In this document: piece by piece, positions 39,262-49,223 of the stretch
How the letters are laid out: every line of letters starts with the position of its first letter
Numbering within the stretch: position 1 is the stretch's first letter
Assembly: GCA_002424625.1 (NCBI GenBank)
Contig: DIKR01000066.1
Location: forward strand, 26,649 to 80,167
Direction of reading: 5' to 3'
DNA length: 53,519 nt
DNA from: Desulfuromonadaceae bacterium UBA5613
GTDB taxonomy: Bacteria > Desulfobacterota > Desulfuromonadia > Desulfuromonadales > UBA2197
Program-made: the position numbers and the translations under genes
The notes under the pieces: model-generated
Told to the model about the DNA's origin: nothing
The model's input: the letters and a program-made list of their open reading frames with translations, nothing else
Databases searched by the model: none

Positions 39262-40548
39262 ATGTCATTTTTATCGCGTTTGTTTGGCTCCCGGCACCCT
39301 CTGGATGAAATTCGCACAGCTTCACGTCAGGAGCGTTGGGCTGATGTTCTTAGTTTTGCATCGGTACTGGAGGATAATTCTTTGCCGGTCAGTGATCAAG
39401 CCGAGCTGCGTGAGCATGTCGATGGCGCGGCTGAAAATTTGTCTCGTATCAATTTTGAGGAAGGACTTGTTTCTCTGCGTGCCGACGATTTTCGTCGTGG
39501 TCTCGAACATCTTGATCTTGCCCGTCAGTTGGTTCGTTCCAGTGCGCTGCGGGAATTAATCGATGCTGAATTTTTACGTATCGGCGGTGGAAGTACTGTT
39601 TTTATAGATGATATGCCAGCACGGACAGCCCCTGTCAGTAAGGGTAGTTGTTCCTCATCCTGTTGCGGAACAGTTGCTGCAAATGCTGTAGCGCCGGCGG
39701 AGCTTTCAGGTGCTTTTGATGAGGAGACCCGTTTTGAACTGGTCCTCACTGCTTACCCTGTTGATCTGCGTCCTCGTTATCTGGAACTTTCAACGCTGAT
39801 GCGTCAAGCCATCCTTCTGGCGCATGAAGAGAGAGAGGATGAAGCGTTAGCTCTCTTTTCGAAAGTGCCGGCACATGAATATAACGATATATTTTATTAT
39901 GAATCAGGGACGCTCTTTGCACGCAGAAAACAATATCCCGAGGCTGTAAAGGCCTTGCAGCAGGCGCTAAGTTTGAATCCGACTTTTGTCCTTGCTGCAC
40001 TGATCCTGGTTGATCTCCATGTCGCAAACCAGAATTACGCTGCCGCAGGAAATTTGCTGTCACAAATGCTCAAAGTAAATTGCATGCCTGACTATTGCCA
40101 TGCGCGATTTGCGGTCATTTGTCAGGCGCAGGGGGATTCAGCCAAAGCCTTTGAACATGCCACTGAAGCTTTAAATCTTGGTCATAAAGACCCGGAACTT
40201 ATGGTCTTTGTTGCACGGACCCTGGAGGCTCAGGGGCGGATTGCTGAGGCCGAGAATGTCTTTAGTTCAATTCCGGTCGGGGGAGGATGTTCTGGCGGGG
40301 CTAATGTTGAGTTGGCAGATTTTTGGTTGAGGCACAAGAAAAACTTGCAGAAGTCTTTGGAAATGTTTAAAAATGCAGCCAAGGGAGATCCGACAAATCC
40401 GTTATGGGGTTATCATATTGCCCGGGTTTATTTGGCGCTGGGATGGAAAAAAGAGGCAAAGCAAATACTCCAGGCTTTTGTGGAAGCTGATTCGATAGAC
40501 GGATCATTACGTGAAAATGCCATCCAGCTACTCAAGAGCAGTACTTGA
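39262..40548 (+). CDS. TPR-repeat protein with a Cys-rich linker (hypothetical)
   Basis: The C-terminal ~250 aa show repeated TPR-like A/L/Y/G spacing (YPEAVKALQQALSLNP, AKAFEHATEALNLG, ...). CSSSCCG cluster at about aa 129-135. Confidence 0.68.
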   Translation: MSFLSRLFGSRHPLDEIRTASRQERWADVLSFASVLEDNSLPVSDQAELREHVDGAAENLSRINFEEGLVSLRADDFRRGLEHLDLARQLVRSSALRELIDAEFLRIGGGSTVFIDDMPARTAPVSKGSCSSSCCGTVAANAVAPAELSGAFDEETRFELVLTAYPVDLRPRYLELSTLMRQAILLAHEEREDEALALFSKVPAHEYNDIFYYESGTLFARRKQYPEAVKALQQALSLNPTFVLAALILVDLHVANQNYAAAGNLLSQMLKVNCMPDYCHARFAVICQAQGDSAKAFEHATEALNLGHKDPELMVFVARTLEAQGRIAEAENVFSSIPVGGGCSGGANVELADFWLRHKKNLQKSLEMFKNAAKGDPTNPLWGYHIARVYLALGWKKEAKQILQAFVEADSIDGSLRENAIQLLKSST

Positions 40549-40571
40549 TTTTTAGATTATTCACCTTTCTG

Positions 40572-40599
40572 TTGACAGTTTGACGCTTTACGCTATTCT
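40572..40599 (+). promoter_or_regulatory. candidate sigma70 promoter of ihfB
   Basis: TTGACA, a 16-nt spacer, then TATTCT. Confidence 0.4.
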
Positions 40600-40661
40600 T
40601 TTAAAAGTTTTAAATTTGTGTCGCTTGCGGCCGTCTAATTCTTGAGATAGGGGTGAAAAAG

Positions 40662-40955
40662 ATGAATAAATCAGAGTTAATCGAAGCGTTGGCCAAAGAA
40701 AAAGAATTAACCTATAAAAGATCAGAAGAGATCGTAAATACAATATTCTCTGCTCTGTCGAAAACATTGATTGACGGCGGAAGAATCGAAATTCGTGGTT
40801 TTGGTAGTTTTGTCGTTAAAGACTACAAGTCCTATCAGGGGCGTAATCCGAAGACGGGTGAATCGATTCACGTTGAGCCGAAGAAGCTCCCCTTCTTTAA
40901 AGTAGGAAAAGAATTACGCGACCGGGTCAACGGAGAACATCTCCAGGCGAGATAA
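40662..40955 (+). CDS. ihfB: integration host factor subunit beta (HU/IHF family)
   Basis: MNKSELIEALA, RIEIRGFGSF, GRNPKTGE and PFFKVGKELRDRVN are collinear with E. coli IHF-beta. Confidence 0.85.
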   Translation: MNKSELIEALAKEKELTYKRSEEIVNTIFSALSKTLIDGGRIEIRGFGSFVVKDYKSYQGRNPKTGESIHVEPKKLPFFKVGKELRDRVNGEHLQAR

Positions 40956-41011
40956 TTTTCGTGTCGATTCCGTGTCGATAGCAAAAGATAAACTTTCCAA
41001 ATTAAATTAAG

Positions 41012-41036
41012 GGATCGGCGAAAGTCGGTCCTTTTT
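41012..41036 (+). terminator. intrinsic terminator after ihfB
   Basis: GGATCGGC-GAAA-GTCGGTCC hairpin (with G-U pairs) followed by TTTTTAT. Confidence 0.6.
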
Positions 41037-41162
41037 ATATGGGGAGTGACTTTTGATTGCAGGATTGTTTTTCTTTGCTTAGAGTGCTATAACTTGCCGA
41101 AATACTGGGAGAAAAATAAGTGATTTTTTCATTTCTCTATAAAGATTGTGAAGTAACCGCCG

Positions 41163-42863
41163 GTGCTTGATTCCTTTCCTGTCCTCTCTCACGCCTCGTT
41201 TTTTACTTTTGTTGGCGGTTTGATCCTTTTCTTCTTCGGTTTGACGCGAACAACAGAAGGGATGCAAAACATTGCCGGTGGACGTTTGCGGGTTATTTTT
41301 GCCGGACTGATCAAAAATCGTCTGAAAAGTTGCCTCTTTGGTCTCACAATTACTTCGCTCACCCAATCTTCCGCGGCCACTGCCGTCTTGACTATCGGCT
41401 TTGTCAGTAATGGGATTATCTCCCTGGTTGATGGTATCGCTGTCGTCCTTGGTGCGAGCATCGGTGCAAGCCTTATTCTGCAGTTTATAGCTTTTAATCC
41501 CGGATGGATGCTCTTCCCCCTCCTCATTATCTCCGTTATTTTGCGTTTCTTTGCACGTCAGACCTACCTCCGTGATGCGGCCTCCGTCGTCTTTGGACTG
41601 TCGTTGTTGATGCTCGGATTGGCGATGATGACTTCATCTTTTGAGCCGTTGCGGGACAATTCCGCCTTTGTTGAGCTCATCAGTGTTCTGCAGAATCATC
41701 TCTGGCTAAGCGTTGTCTGTAGTGCTCTTTTGGCGGCCCTTGTGCAGAACTCTACAGCCGTCATTGCCTTGATCATTGCTTTAGGCGCCAGTGGCCATCT
41801 TCACCTTGCCTCCGGGGTTGCACTGATCCTTGGCGCCAATATTGGCTCTTGCGCACCAACAATCATTGCCGCTATTCACGGGTCTCTCGCTGCTCGCCGT
41901 GTTGCGGCTGCGCAATTTCTGATTGTCGTTGTTGCGTCAGGTTTTATTGCTCTTCTCTTTCCTTATTTTCTCGGGATTATCTCTTTTGTTTCCCCCGGTG
42001 ATGCGAATTTTGTCGTGACGACCTTTGAACAATCCCAGTGGTACCAAGCATCACCGGGACAAAAACCTTTTATTACCCGTCACCTTGCGAATGCCAATAC
42101 CTTTTTTGCCCTTTTTGCTGCCCTCGTTTTTCTTCCGTTTCTTCAGCAGATTACGCGACTGACGACATACTTTATTCGCGGGAGAGAGACAGTCAACGAG
42201 TACGGGCTGCAATTTATCGATTACCGGGTACTAAATACTCCACCGATCGCCTTGTCACAGGCGCGCTCGGAATTGCGGCGCATGGCACAAACGGCTCAGG
42301 CTGCACTCCATGAAACCAGGCTATATCTCGACGATCAAAAGGTTGAGAGGTTGCACAAACTGACGCGCTATGAAAATCTCCTCGATCTTCTCCAGAAGGA
42401 ATTGACCAGTTTTCTTGTTGAGTTGTCCCATCGTTTCTCCTCCTACACTTCTGCGCGCGAAGTGGCCCTAATGATGCACATGGTTGCCGATTTTGAGCGG
42501 ATCGGTGACCACTGTCAGTCCCTGGTTCGTCTGTCGCTGCGTAAGCAGGAATGGCAGGTGGTTTTTTCCAAAAAGGCCCGGCGTGAGTTAAACGATCTCA
42601 CCGTTGCGACTGTTTCTTTTGTCGATTATATTGTCGACTCCATGGACAGTGCTGCCGATGATCTTTTAGCCGAAGCGCAACTCCGAGAGAATTTTATCGA
42701 CCGCAGCGAAGAACAGATGCGCAATGACCATCTGCAGCGCCTGACAACTGGTGAGTGCGCAGTTCGTCCCGGTCTTATCTTTATCGACATGGTTCAGGCC
42801 TTTGAGAAAATTTCCGATCATGCTTTCAGCGTTGCCAAGTGTCTCAGCGGTGACAAAAAGTGA
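41163..42863 (+). CDS. Na+/phosphate cotransporter family protein with C-terminal PhoU-like domains
   Basis: Multi-TM N-terminal half with Na/Pi-cotransporter repeats (GGLILFFFGL...M, QSSAATAV / QNSTAVIAL) and a helical PhoU-like C-terminal half. GTG start. Confidence 0.86.
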   Translation: MLDSFPVLSHASFFTFVGGLILFFFGLTRTTEGMQNIAGGRLRVIFAGLIKNRLKSCLFGLTITSLTQSSAATAVLTIGFVSNGIISLVDGIAVVLGASIGASLILQFIAFNPGWMLFPLLIISVILRFFARQTYLRDAASVVFGLSLLMLGLAMMTSSFEPLRDNSAFVELISVLQNHLWLSVVCSALLAALVQNSTAVIALIIALGASGHLHLASGVALILGANIGSCAPTIIAAIHGSLAARRVAAAQFLIVVVASGFIALLFPYFLGIISFVSPGDANFVVTTFEQSQWYQASPGQKPFITRHLANANTFFALFAALVFLPFLQQITRLTTYFIRGRETVNEYGLQFIDYRVLNTPPIALSQARSELRRMAQTAQAALHETRLYLDDQKVERLHKLTRYENLLDLLQKELTSFLVELSHRFSSYTSAREVALMMHMVADFERIGDHCQSLVRLSLRKQEWQVVFSKKARRELNDLTVATVSFVDYIVDSMDSAADDLLAEAQLRENFIDRSEEQMRNDHLQRLTTGECAVRPGLIFIDMVQAFEKISDHAFSVAKCLSGDKK

Positions 42864-43753
42864 AAGCGGCCATCGATATCGGCAGTAATTCGCTGCGGAT
42901 GCTGGTCGGAGAAGTTGTTTGCGGTCAGGTTGTTCCGCACCACTATTTCCGCCGGATAACCCGTCTCGGTGGTGACTACGATCCGCAGACTGGGATTTCG
43001 ACTGCTGCCAGAGATCGCACCCTTTTTGCTCTCGAAGAGTTTGCACAAGCCCTCGTTAAGATGAAACCGCTTGGTACCCGCGCCGTCGCCACCGAAGCAG
43101 TTCGCCGGGCTGTGAATGGCCAGCAATTTGTAGACGATGTCCTGAAGTGCACCGGCTTCTCCGTCGAAATAATCGACGGAGAAGAAGAGGCCTTGCTGAG
43201 TTCCGCAGGGGTGCTGGCCGGACTGAAATCGCAACCTTCTGTTGCTTTGATTTTTGATATCGGCGGAGGCAGCACGGAATTTATTATCATCAAAGAAGGG
43301 ATTCGTCTTTGGCAGAAGAGTTATCCCCTCGGAGTTATCAGCCTTGCTGAAGTTCCTGACCCCGAAAGCGTTATCGAAAGGGTCCTGACTTTATTGGCAG
43401 AAGACTTGCGCGTTGCCAATCTGTCTGCACCCCTTGCCGATAGCGGTTGTCAGTTGGTCGGTACCGCAGGGACAGTCACGACCCTTGCTGCTCTCGATCT
43501 CGCGATGGTGAAGTACGACTGGCAGCGCATTAATAACTATGTGTTGTCGCAATCGACCCTGCACTCCCTTTATGAACGTCTTCTCCCTTTGACCGCTGTT
43601 GAACGTGAGCATCTCCCCGGAGTCGAAAAGGGCCGCGGTGATTTGATTGTGCACGGTGCCAGGATTATTCTTCTGCTCATGAAGTTGTTGCGTAAAGAGC
43701 AATTGCTGGTGAGTGATTTTGGCTTGTTGGAGGGGACACTTCTTTCCATGTGA
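42860..43753 (+). CDS. Ppx/GppA-family phosphatase (N-terminal actin-like fold only)
   Basis: AAIDIGSNSLRMLV, IFDIGGGSTEF and GTAGTVTTLA motifs. GTGA overlap with the upstream gene. Confidence 0.85.
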   Translation: MKAAIDIGSNSLRMLVGEVVCGQVVPHHYFRRITRLGGDYDPQTGISTAARDRTLFALEEFAQALVKMKPLGTRAVATEAVRRAVNGQQFVDDVLKCTGFSVEIIDGEEEALLSSAGVLAGLKSQPSVALIFDIGGGSTEFIIIKEGIRLWQKSYPLGVISLAEVPDPESVIERVLTLLAEDLRVANLSAPLADSGCQLVGTAGTVTTLAALDLAMVKYDWQRINNYVLSQSTLHSLYERLLPLTAVEREHLPGVEKGRGDLIVHGARIILLLMKLLRKEQLLVSDFGLLEGTLLSM

Positions 43754-43771
43754 GTGGACCGGTTCTCTTGA

Positions 43772-43801
43772 TTGACAACCAGGCCCCTTCTTGATTAATA
43801 T
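43772..43801 (+). promoter_or_regulatory. candidate sigma70 promoter of the iorAB cluster
   Basis: TTGACA, an 18-nt spacer, then TAATAT, about 65 nt upstream of iorA. Confidence 0.35.
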
Positions 43802-43864
43802 GCCGTTTCATTTTCAGCCCTTTCGCCGTTTTTTAATCATTGAAACCATTTCATAAGGAATCGC

Positions 43865-45634
43865 ATGGACCGCGCTATTCTTTCCGGCAACGAAGCCATT
43901 GCCCGTGGGGCTTACGAAGCAGGTGTCAAAGTCGCTTCAGCCTACCCCGGTACTCCCAGTACCGAAATTCTCGAAAACGTCATTAATTATAAGGAAATCG
44001 ATGCATCCTGGGCACCGAACGAAAAGGTTGCTCTCGAAGTCGCTATCGGTGCCTCCTTTGGCGGCGCTCGCGCCCTGGCGTGCATGAAGCACGTCGGCGT
44101 TAATGTTGCCGCGGATCCCCTCTTCACCCTGTCTTACACGGGCGTGCGCGGCGGCCTGGTGCTGGTCGTCGCCGATGATCCGGAGATGCACTCCTCGCAG
44201 AACGAGCAGGACAGCCGCAACTACGCTAAGTTTGCCAAAATTCCGATGCTGGAACCGGCCGATTCCGAGGAATGCAAAGAATTTACCCGTCTGGCTTTTG
44301 AACTCTCTGAAGAATTTGACACTCCGGTGATGCTGCGCAGTGTTACGCGCATTTCCCACGGCAAGTCGATCGTGACCCTTGGTAAACGGGTTGACAATTT
44401 ACCGGCGCCGGCCCTGGTTAAAGATGCCGCAAAGCTGGTGATGCTCCCCGGTAATGCCCGGGTGCGTCACCCCAAGGTCGAAGAGCGCATCGTCAATCTT
44501 TCCCTTTGGGGGGGGACGGCGGCGATCAATCGCAGCGAGATTCGTTCCGCGGACCTCGGGGTGATCTGTTCCGGTGTGGTTTATCAATACGTGCGGGAAA
44601 TCCTGCCGGAAGCTTCGATCCTCAAGCTCGGCATGGTCCATCCGCTGCCGCACGATCTGATTCGTGACTTTGCATCCAAGGTCAAGACCTTGCTGGTGAT
44701 CGAAGAACTCGACCCCTTCATTGAAGAGCAGGTCAAGGCGATGGGCCTTTCCGTCACCGGCAAAGCACTCTTCTCCCTTTGCGGCGAACTCTCCCCCGGC
44801 CGCATCCGCAATGCCCTGGAGCAGGGCGGTCTGCTGGCGAAAGTTACTTCGGCGCCACTGACCGTCGAGAAGTTGCCACCGCGTCCGCCGAACATGTGCC
44901 CGGGATGTCCGCACCGCGGTGTCTTCTATCTTCTCAATCGCCTCAACGCCTATGTTACCGGTGATATCGGCTGTTACACCCTCGGTTTTCTGCCGCCGCT
45001 TAACGCCATGGATACCTGTGTTTGTATGGGGGCATCGATCAGCAACGCCTCCGGCATCGTCCGTTCTTTGCCGCGGGAAGAGCAGAAGCGAGTGGTGGCG
45101 GTCATCGGTGATTCAACCTTCCTGCATACCGGGGTGAATTCTTTGATGGAGATGGCCTGGAATCAGGCGCCGGCGACCGTTCTGATCCTCGATAACCGCA
45201 TCACCGCCATGACCGGTCGTCAGGAGAACCCCGCCTCCGGCTTTACTCTGAACGGTGAAGTTGCGCCAGAGGTCAATATTGCCGATCTTTGTCGCGCCAT
45301 CGGCATCAAGCATGTCGTTACGGTTGACCCTTATGACCTCGTTGCCACCCGGGCGGTGCTGGAAGCTGAGATGCAGCGCCCCGAGCCATCGGTGATCATC
45401 ACTGATCGGCCCTGTTGTCTGATGAAGGGGGAATGCCGTTTCGAGAAGGGGAAGATTCTGGCAGTCGATCAGAATAAATGTACCGGCTGCAAAGCCTGCC
45501 TGCGCATCGGCTGTCCGGCGATCGAGTGGCAACCAGCCAGTGATGGCAAGAAGGGGAAGGCTTACATCGACCCGCTCCTTTGCACCGGCTGCACGGTTTG
45601 TCAACAGCTCTGTAAATTCGACGCGATCAACTGA
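43865..45634 (+). CDS. iorA: indolepyruvate:ferredoxin oxidoreductase subunit alpha
   Basis: 589 aa with a TPP-binding region (GDSTFLHTG) and two C-terminal 4Fe-4S motifs (CTGCKACLRIGCP, CTGCTVCQQLC). Confidence 0.93.
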   Translation: MDRAILSGNEAIARGAYEAGVKVASAYPGTPSTEILENVINYKEIDASWAPNEKVALEVAIGASFGGARALACMKHVGVNVAADPLFTLSYTGVRGGLVLVVADDPEMHSSQNEQDSRNYAKFAKIPMLEPADSEECKEFTRLAFELSEEFDTPVMLRSVTRISHGKSIVTLGKRVDNLPAPALVKDAAKLVMLPGNARVRHPKVEERIVNLSLWGGTAAINRSEIRSADLGVICSGVVYQYVREILPEASILKLGMVHPLPHDLIRDFASKVKTLLVIEELDPFIEEQVKAMGLSVTGKALFSLCGELSPGRIRNALEQGGLLAKVTSAPLTVEKLPPRPPNMCPGCPHRGVFYLLNRLNAYVTGDIGCYTLGFLPPLNAMDTCVCMGASISNASGIVRSLPREEQKRVVAVIGDSTFLHTGVNSLMEMAWNQAPATVLILDNRITAMTGRQENPASGFTLNGEVAPEVNIADLCRAIGIKHVVTVDPYDLVATRAVLEAEMQRPEPSVIITDRPCCLMKGECRFEKGKILAVDQNKCTGCKACLRIGCPAIEWQPASDGKKGKAYIDPLLCTGCTVCQQLCKFDAIN

Positions 45635-45656
45635 CCTTGACGAGGATTTAATAGCG

Positions 45657-46235
45657 ATGAACGATAAAGTGACCAATATTCTGCTGGTAGGTGTCGGTGG
45701 ACAGGGAACCCTGCTCGCCTCGGAAATTCTCTCCGAAACCTTTATGCTCGCCGGCTTTGACGTCAAGAAGAGCGAAATTCATGGCATGTCGCAACGCGGC
45801 GGCAGTGTTGTCTCCCATGTTCGTTTCGGCCGTGAAGTCGCATCGCCGACGGTGCCGGAAGGGGAAGGGGATGTCCTCTTTGGCTTCGAGCTCCTTGAAG
45901 CCTATCGCTATCTCCCCCTTCTCCACGCCGGAGCCAAGGTGGTGGTCAATGACTACCGCATTCCGCCCCCTTCGGTCCTCCTTGGTCAGGAGGTTTATCC
46001 TGACGATCTGGCGGAGCGGATTCGTCGTCGTTTTCCTGATTTTCTCCTGGTCGATGGTCTCCATCTGGCGAGTGAGGCCGGTAATCCCAAGGCTGCCAAC
46101 ACTGTCCTTCTCGGGGCGGTTTCAAAACGTCTGGAGATTGCTGAGGAGCACTGGCTGGCCGCGCTGCACAAGATGGTTCCGGCCAAGGCGCTGGAGGTCA
46201 ACATCCGGGCCTTTCAGATGGGCCGTGTTCTGTAA
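45657..46235 (+). CDS. iorB: indolepyruvate:ferredoxin oxidoreductase subunit beta
   Basis: Start trimmed to [22 protein letters not shown], the typical IorB N-terminus. Confidence 0.9.
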   Translation: MNDKVTNILLVGVGGQGTLLASEILSETFMLAGFDVKKSEIHGMSQRGGSVVSHVRFGREVASPTVPEGEGDVLFGFELLEAYRYLPLLHAGAKVVVNDYRIPPPSVLLGQEVYPDDLAERIRRRFPDFLLVDGLHLASEAGNPKAANTVLLGAVSKRLEIAEEHWLAALHKMVPAKALEVNIRAFQMGRVL

Positions 46236-46252
46236 CCACAAGGAGAGAGAGC

Positions 46253-47560
46253 ATGGCCAGCTACTTCAACGAAGAGTTTGAGACCCTGCCGCGCGCGGCA
46301 CTGGAGGCGCTGCAACTCAAGCGCCTGCAGCAGGTGCTGGAACGGGTCTATCGTAACGTTCCGTTTTATAAGCAGAGTTTCGATAGTGCCGGCATCTCTC
46401 CCGCTGCTGTCAAGAGCCTTGCCGATTTGCGGTATTTGCCCTTTACCACCAAGCAGGACATGCGTGATTCCTACCCCTACGGCCTATTTGCAGCGCCAAT
46501 GGAAGAGATTGTCCGTATTCACGCCTCTTCCGGGACCACCGGCAAACCGACCGTGGTCGGTTATACCAGCCGGGATATCAGCAACTGGAGCGACCTCATG
46601 GCCCGCTCTTTTGTCGCAGCCGGCGCCCATCGCGGCGACATTATCCATAATGCCTACGGATATGGTCTCTTCACTGGCGGACTCGGGGCGCATTACGGGG
46701 CTGAACGCCTCGGAGCTTCAGTCATCCCTATCTCCGGCGGCAATACCAGACGCCAGATCATGATCATGCAGGACTTTGGCTCCACCGTCCTGACCTGCAC
46801 CCCGTCTTACTCCCTGTTCATGGCGGAGGAAGCAAGGACGGAGGGGATCGATTTCAAAAAACTGAAATTGCGGGTCGGCATCTTCGGTGCCGAGCCCTGG
46901 TCGGAAGCGATGCGGCACGAGATCGAGATCAAGCTGAATCTTGATGCCATCGATATTTACGGCCTCTCGGAGATCATGGGCCCTGGTGTCGCCATCGAAT
47001 GTATTGAAGCCAAAAACGGGCTGCATATCTGGGAAGATCACTTTATTCCGGAGATCATTGATCCCGACAGTGGCGAAGTCCTCCCCGAGGGAACTCAGGG
47101 AGAGTTGGTGATCACGACGATTAGCAAAGAGGGAATTCCCCTGATTCGTTACCGCACTCGCGATATTACCAGTCTGACTTATGCCCCGTGTGTCTGCGGC
47201 AGGACTCATGCCCGTCTGACCCGCATGAGTGGTCGCAGCGACGATATGCTGATCATTCGCGGTGTCAATGTCTTTCCATCGCAGATCGAATCGATCCTGG
47301 TACGGGTCGAAGGGGTGGAGCCGCACTATCTCCTGATCGTCGACCGTGAAGAGAATCTTGACACTCTGGAAGTGCAGGTTGAGGTCGGCGAAGAGCTCTT
47401 CTCCGATGAAATCAAAGTCCTGCAGTCCTTGGCCAAGCGGATCGAGAAGGAGATCAAAGAGAATCTCGGTGTCACCAGTCGCGTCAAATTAGTGGAGCCG
47501 AAGACGATTCAACGCAGCGAAGGAAAAGCCAAGCGGGTCATTGATAATCGTAAATGGTAA
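46253..47560 (+). CDS. paaK: phenylacetate-CoA ligase family protein (PaaK-like)
   Basis: 435 aa with the AMP-binding core SSGTTGKPT and YGLSE. Typical partner of iorAB. Confidence 0.88.
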   Translation: MASYFNEEFETLPRAALEALQLKRLQQVLERVYRNVPFYKQSFDSAGISPAAVKSLADLRYLPFTTKQDMRDSYPYGLFAAPMEEIVRIHASSGTTGKPTVVGYTSRDISNWSDLMARSFVAAGAHRGDIIHNAYGYGLFTGGLGAHYGAERLGASVIPISGGNTRRQIMIMQDFGSTVLTCTPSYSLFMAEEARTEGIDFKKLKLRVGIFGAEPWSEAMRHEIEIKLNLDAIDIYGLSEIMGPGVAIECIEAKNGLHIWEDHFIPEIIDPDSGEVLPEGTQGELVITTISKEGIPLIRYRTRDITSLTYAPCVCGRTHARLTRMSGRSDDMLIIRGVNVFPSQIESILVRVEGVEPHYLLIVDREENLDTLEVQVEVGEELFSDEIKVLQSLAKRIEKEIKENLGVTSRVKLVEPKTIQRSEGKAKRVIDNRKW

Positions 47561-47586
47561 TGGCAGGTTTTTCGGGAGATTAGGCC

Positions 47587-48018
47587 ATGAAAGTTGAACA
47601 GATTTCGATCTTTATTGAAAACAAATCAGGACGTCTCGCTGAGGTGACGCGGACGATTGGTGAAGCGGGCGTCAATATCCGTGCTCTCTCTCTGGCCGAT
47701 ACTTCCGATTTTGGCATCCTGCGTCTGATTGTCGATCAACCGGGTGTTGCCAAGAGCATTCTGCGTGAGCATGGTTTTACCGTTAGTATGACCGATGTCG
47801 TCGCTGTGGAAGTGCCGGATCAGCCTTTGGGTCTCTTTAACTTGCTCAACATCCTTGATCACTGCGGCGTTAATGTTGAGTATATGTATGCTTTTGTCGA
47901 GCGTTGCAGCGGGAGTGCGGTGATGATCTTCCGTTTTGACAATACCGATGAAGCCATCCGCTGCCTGCACGGTCAAGGGGTAACAATTTTGACGGGCGAA
48001 CGTGTTTACAGCGTTTAA
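47587..48018 (+). CDS. ACT-domain (amino-acid-binding) protein
   Basis: 143 aa with two ACT-like repeats. N-terminus [26 protein letters not shown]. Confidence 0.85.
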   Translation: MKVEQISIFIENKSGRLAEVTRTIGEAGVNIRALSLADTSDFGILRLIVDQPGVAKSILREHGFTVSMTDVVAVEVPDQPLGLFNLLNILDHCGVNVEYMYAFVERCSGSAVMIFRFDNTDEAIRCLHGQGVTILTGERVYSV

Positions 48019-48065
48019 TTGCTTTGGCAATCACCAATAACCGGCATCAGGACAGGAGAAAAACT

Positions 48066-49205
48066 ATGGGTAAATTCAAGGTGTTTCTAGTGTGTGTCGG
48101 TTTCATTCTTACCGCCGCTGTTGCGCAGGCGGCCGCACCGATCAAAATCGGCGCCCTCTTTGCCGTCTCCGGACCGGCAGCCTTTCTTGGCGAACCGGAA
48201 AAGAACACTCTTGAGATGCTGGTCAAGGAGATCAACGCCAAAGGCGGGATCAAGGGGGCACTCATCGAAGTGGTGATCTACGATACCGGTGGGGACGCAA
48301 CCAAGGCTGTGCAGCTTGCTAATCGTCTGATCAAGGATGACAAGGTCGTGGCGATTGTCGGACCGAGTACCACTGGAGAAACCATGGCCGTGAAACCGGT
48401 GACGGAGAAAGAGAAAATCCCGCTGATTTCCTGTGCCGCCGGGATCAAGATTACCGAACCGGTCAATCCCTGGACCTTCAAGACCCCGGCGAATGATCAG
48501 ATTGCCGGCGAGAAAATCCTCAATCATGCCGGAAAGCTCGGCCAGAAGAAGTTGGCCCTGCTGACTGTTTCTGACGGTTTCGGTTCTTCCGGTCGTGAAC
48601 AGCTCAAGGTTCTTGCAGCAAAAAAAGGGTTCACTATCGTGGCGGATGAAACCTTTGGCCCGAAAGATACCGATATGACCGCGCAGTTGACCAAGATTCG
48701 CGGGGCTGGCGCTGATGCGATCATCTGCTGGGGGACCAATCCCTGGCCGGCAGTCGTCACCCGGAACGTCAAGCAGCTCGGCATCACCACCCCTTTGTAC
48801 ATGAGTCACGGTGTTGCTTCCAAGAAGTATATCGAATTATCAGGGGTTGAGGCTGCCGAAGGAGTCATGCTTCCCGCCGGAAAATTGGCAGTCTTTGACA
48901 AACTCAAGGTGACCGACCCCCAGGCCAAGCTTTTGGCCGAATATGATGCAGCTTATCGTAAAACCTTTGGTGTCGAGTCCTCGACTTTTGGTGGTTACGC
49001 GTATGATGGCCTCTTGCTGATTGCTGATGCGATCAAAAAGAATGGTGCGACACCCGAGCAGATTCGCAACGGTATTGAGCAGAGCAGCAACCTTGTCGGC
49101 ATCTCCGGCGTTTTCAACATGTCCGCGACCGACCACAACGGCCTCGATCTTACGGCCTTCGAGATGGTGAAGATTGTTAAAGGTGACTGGGCACTTGCCC
49201 AATAA
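48066..49205 (+). CDS. ABC transporter substrate-binding protein, LivK/branched-chain amino acid type (copy 1)
   Basis: Start trimmed to MGKFKVFLVC... after AGGAGAA. Signal peptide ending AQA, and IKIGALFAVSGPAAFLGEP typical of the family. Confidence 0.9.
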   Translation: MGKFKVFLVCVGFILTAAVAQAAAPIKIGALFAVSGPAAFLGEPEKNTLEMLVKEINAKGGIKGALIEVVIYDTGGDATKAVQLANRLIKDDKVVAIVGPSTTGETMAVKPVTEKEKIPLISCAAGIKITEPVNPWTFKTPANDQIAGEKILNHAGKLGQKKLALLTVSDGFGSSGREQLKVLAAKKGFTIVADETFGPKDTDMTAQLTKIRGAGADAIICWGTNPWPAVVTRNVKQLGITTPLYMSHGVASKKYIELSGVEAAEGVMLPAGKLAVFDKLKVTDPQAKLLAEYDAAYRKTFGVESSTFGGYAYDGLLLIADAIKKNGATPEQIRNGIEQSSNLVGISGVFNMSATDHNGLDLTAFEMVKIVKGDWALAQ

Positions 49206-49223
49206 TCAGCAAGGAGCGAGAGA

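Noticed and set aside
40960-40980. Tandem direct repeat CGTGTCGAT(TC)CGTGTCGAT immediately after the ihfB stop.
   Set aside because: There are only two short copies and no dyad symmetry or known binding-site match. It is too short to distinguish from chance.
41079-41366. 95-aa minus-strand ORF overlapping the start of the Na/Pi transporter gene.
   Set aside because: It overlaps a well-supported gene in antisense, is a low-complexity basic sequence, and has no RBS.
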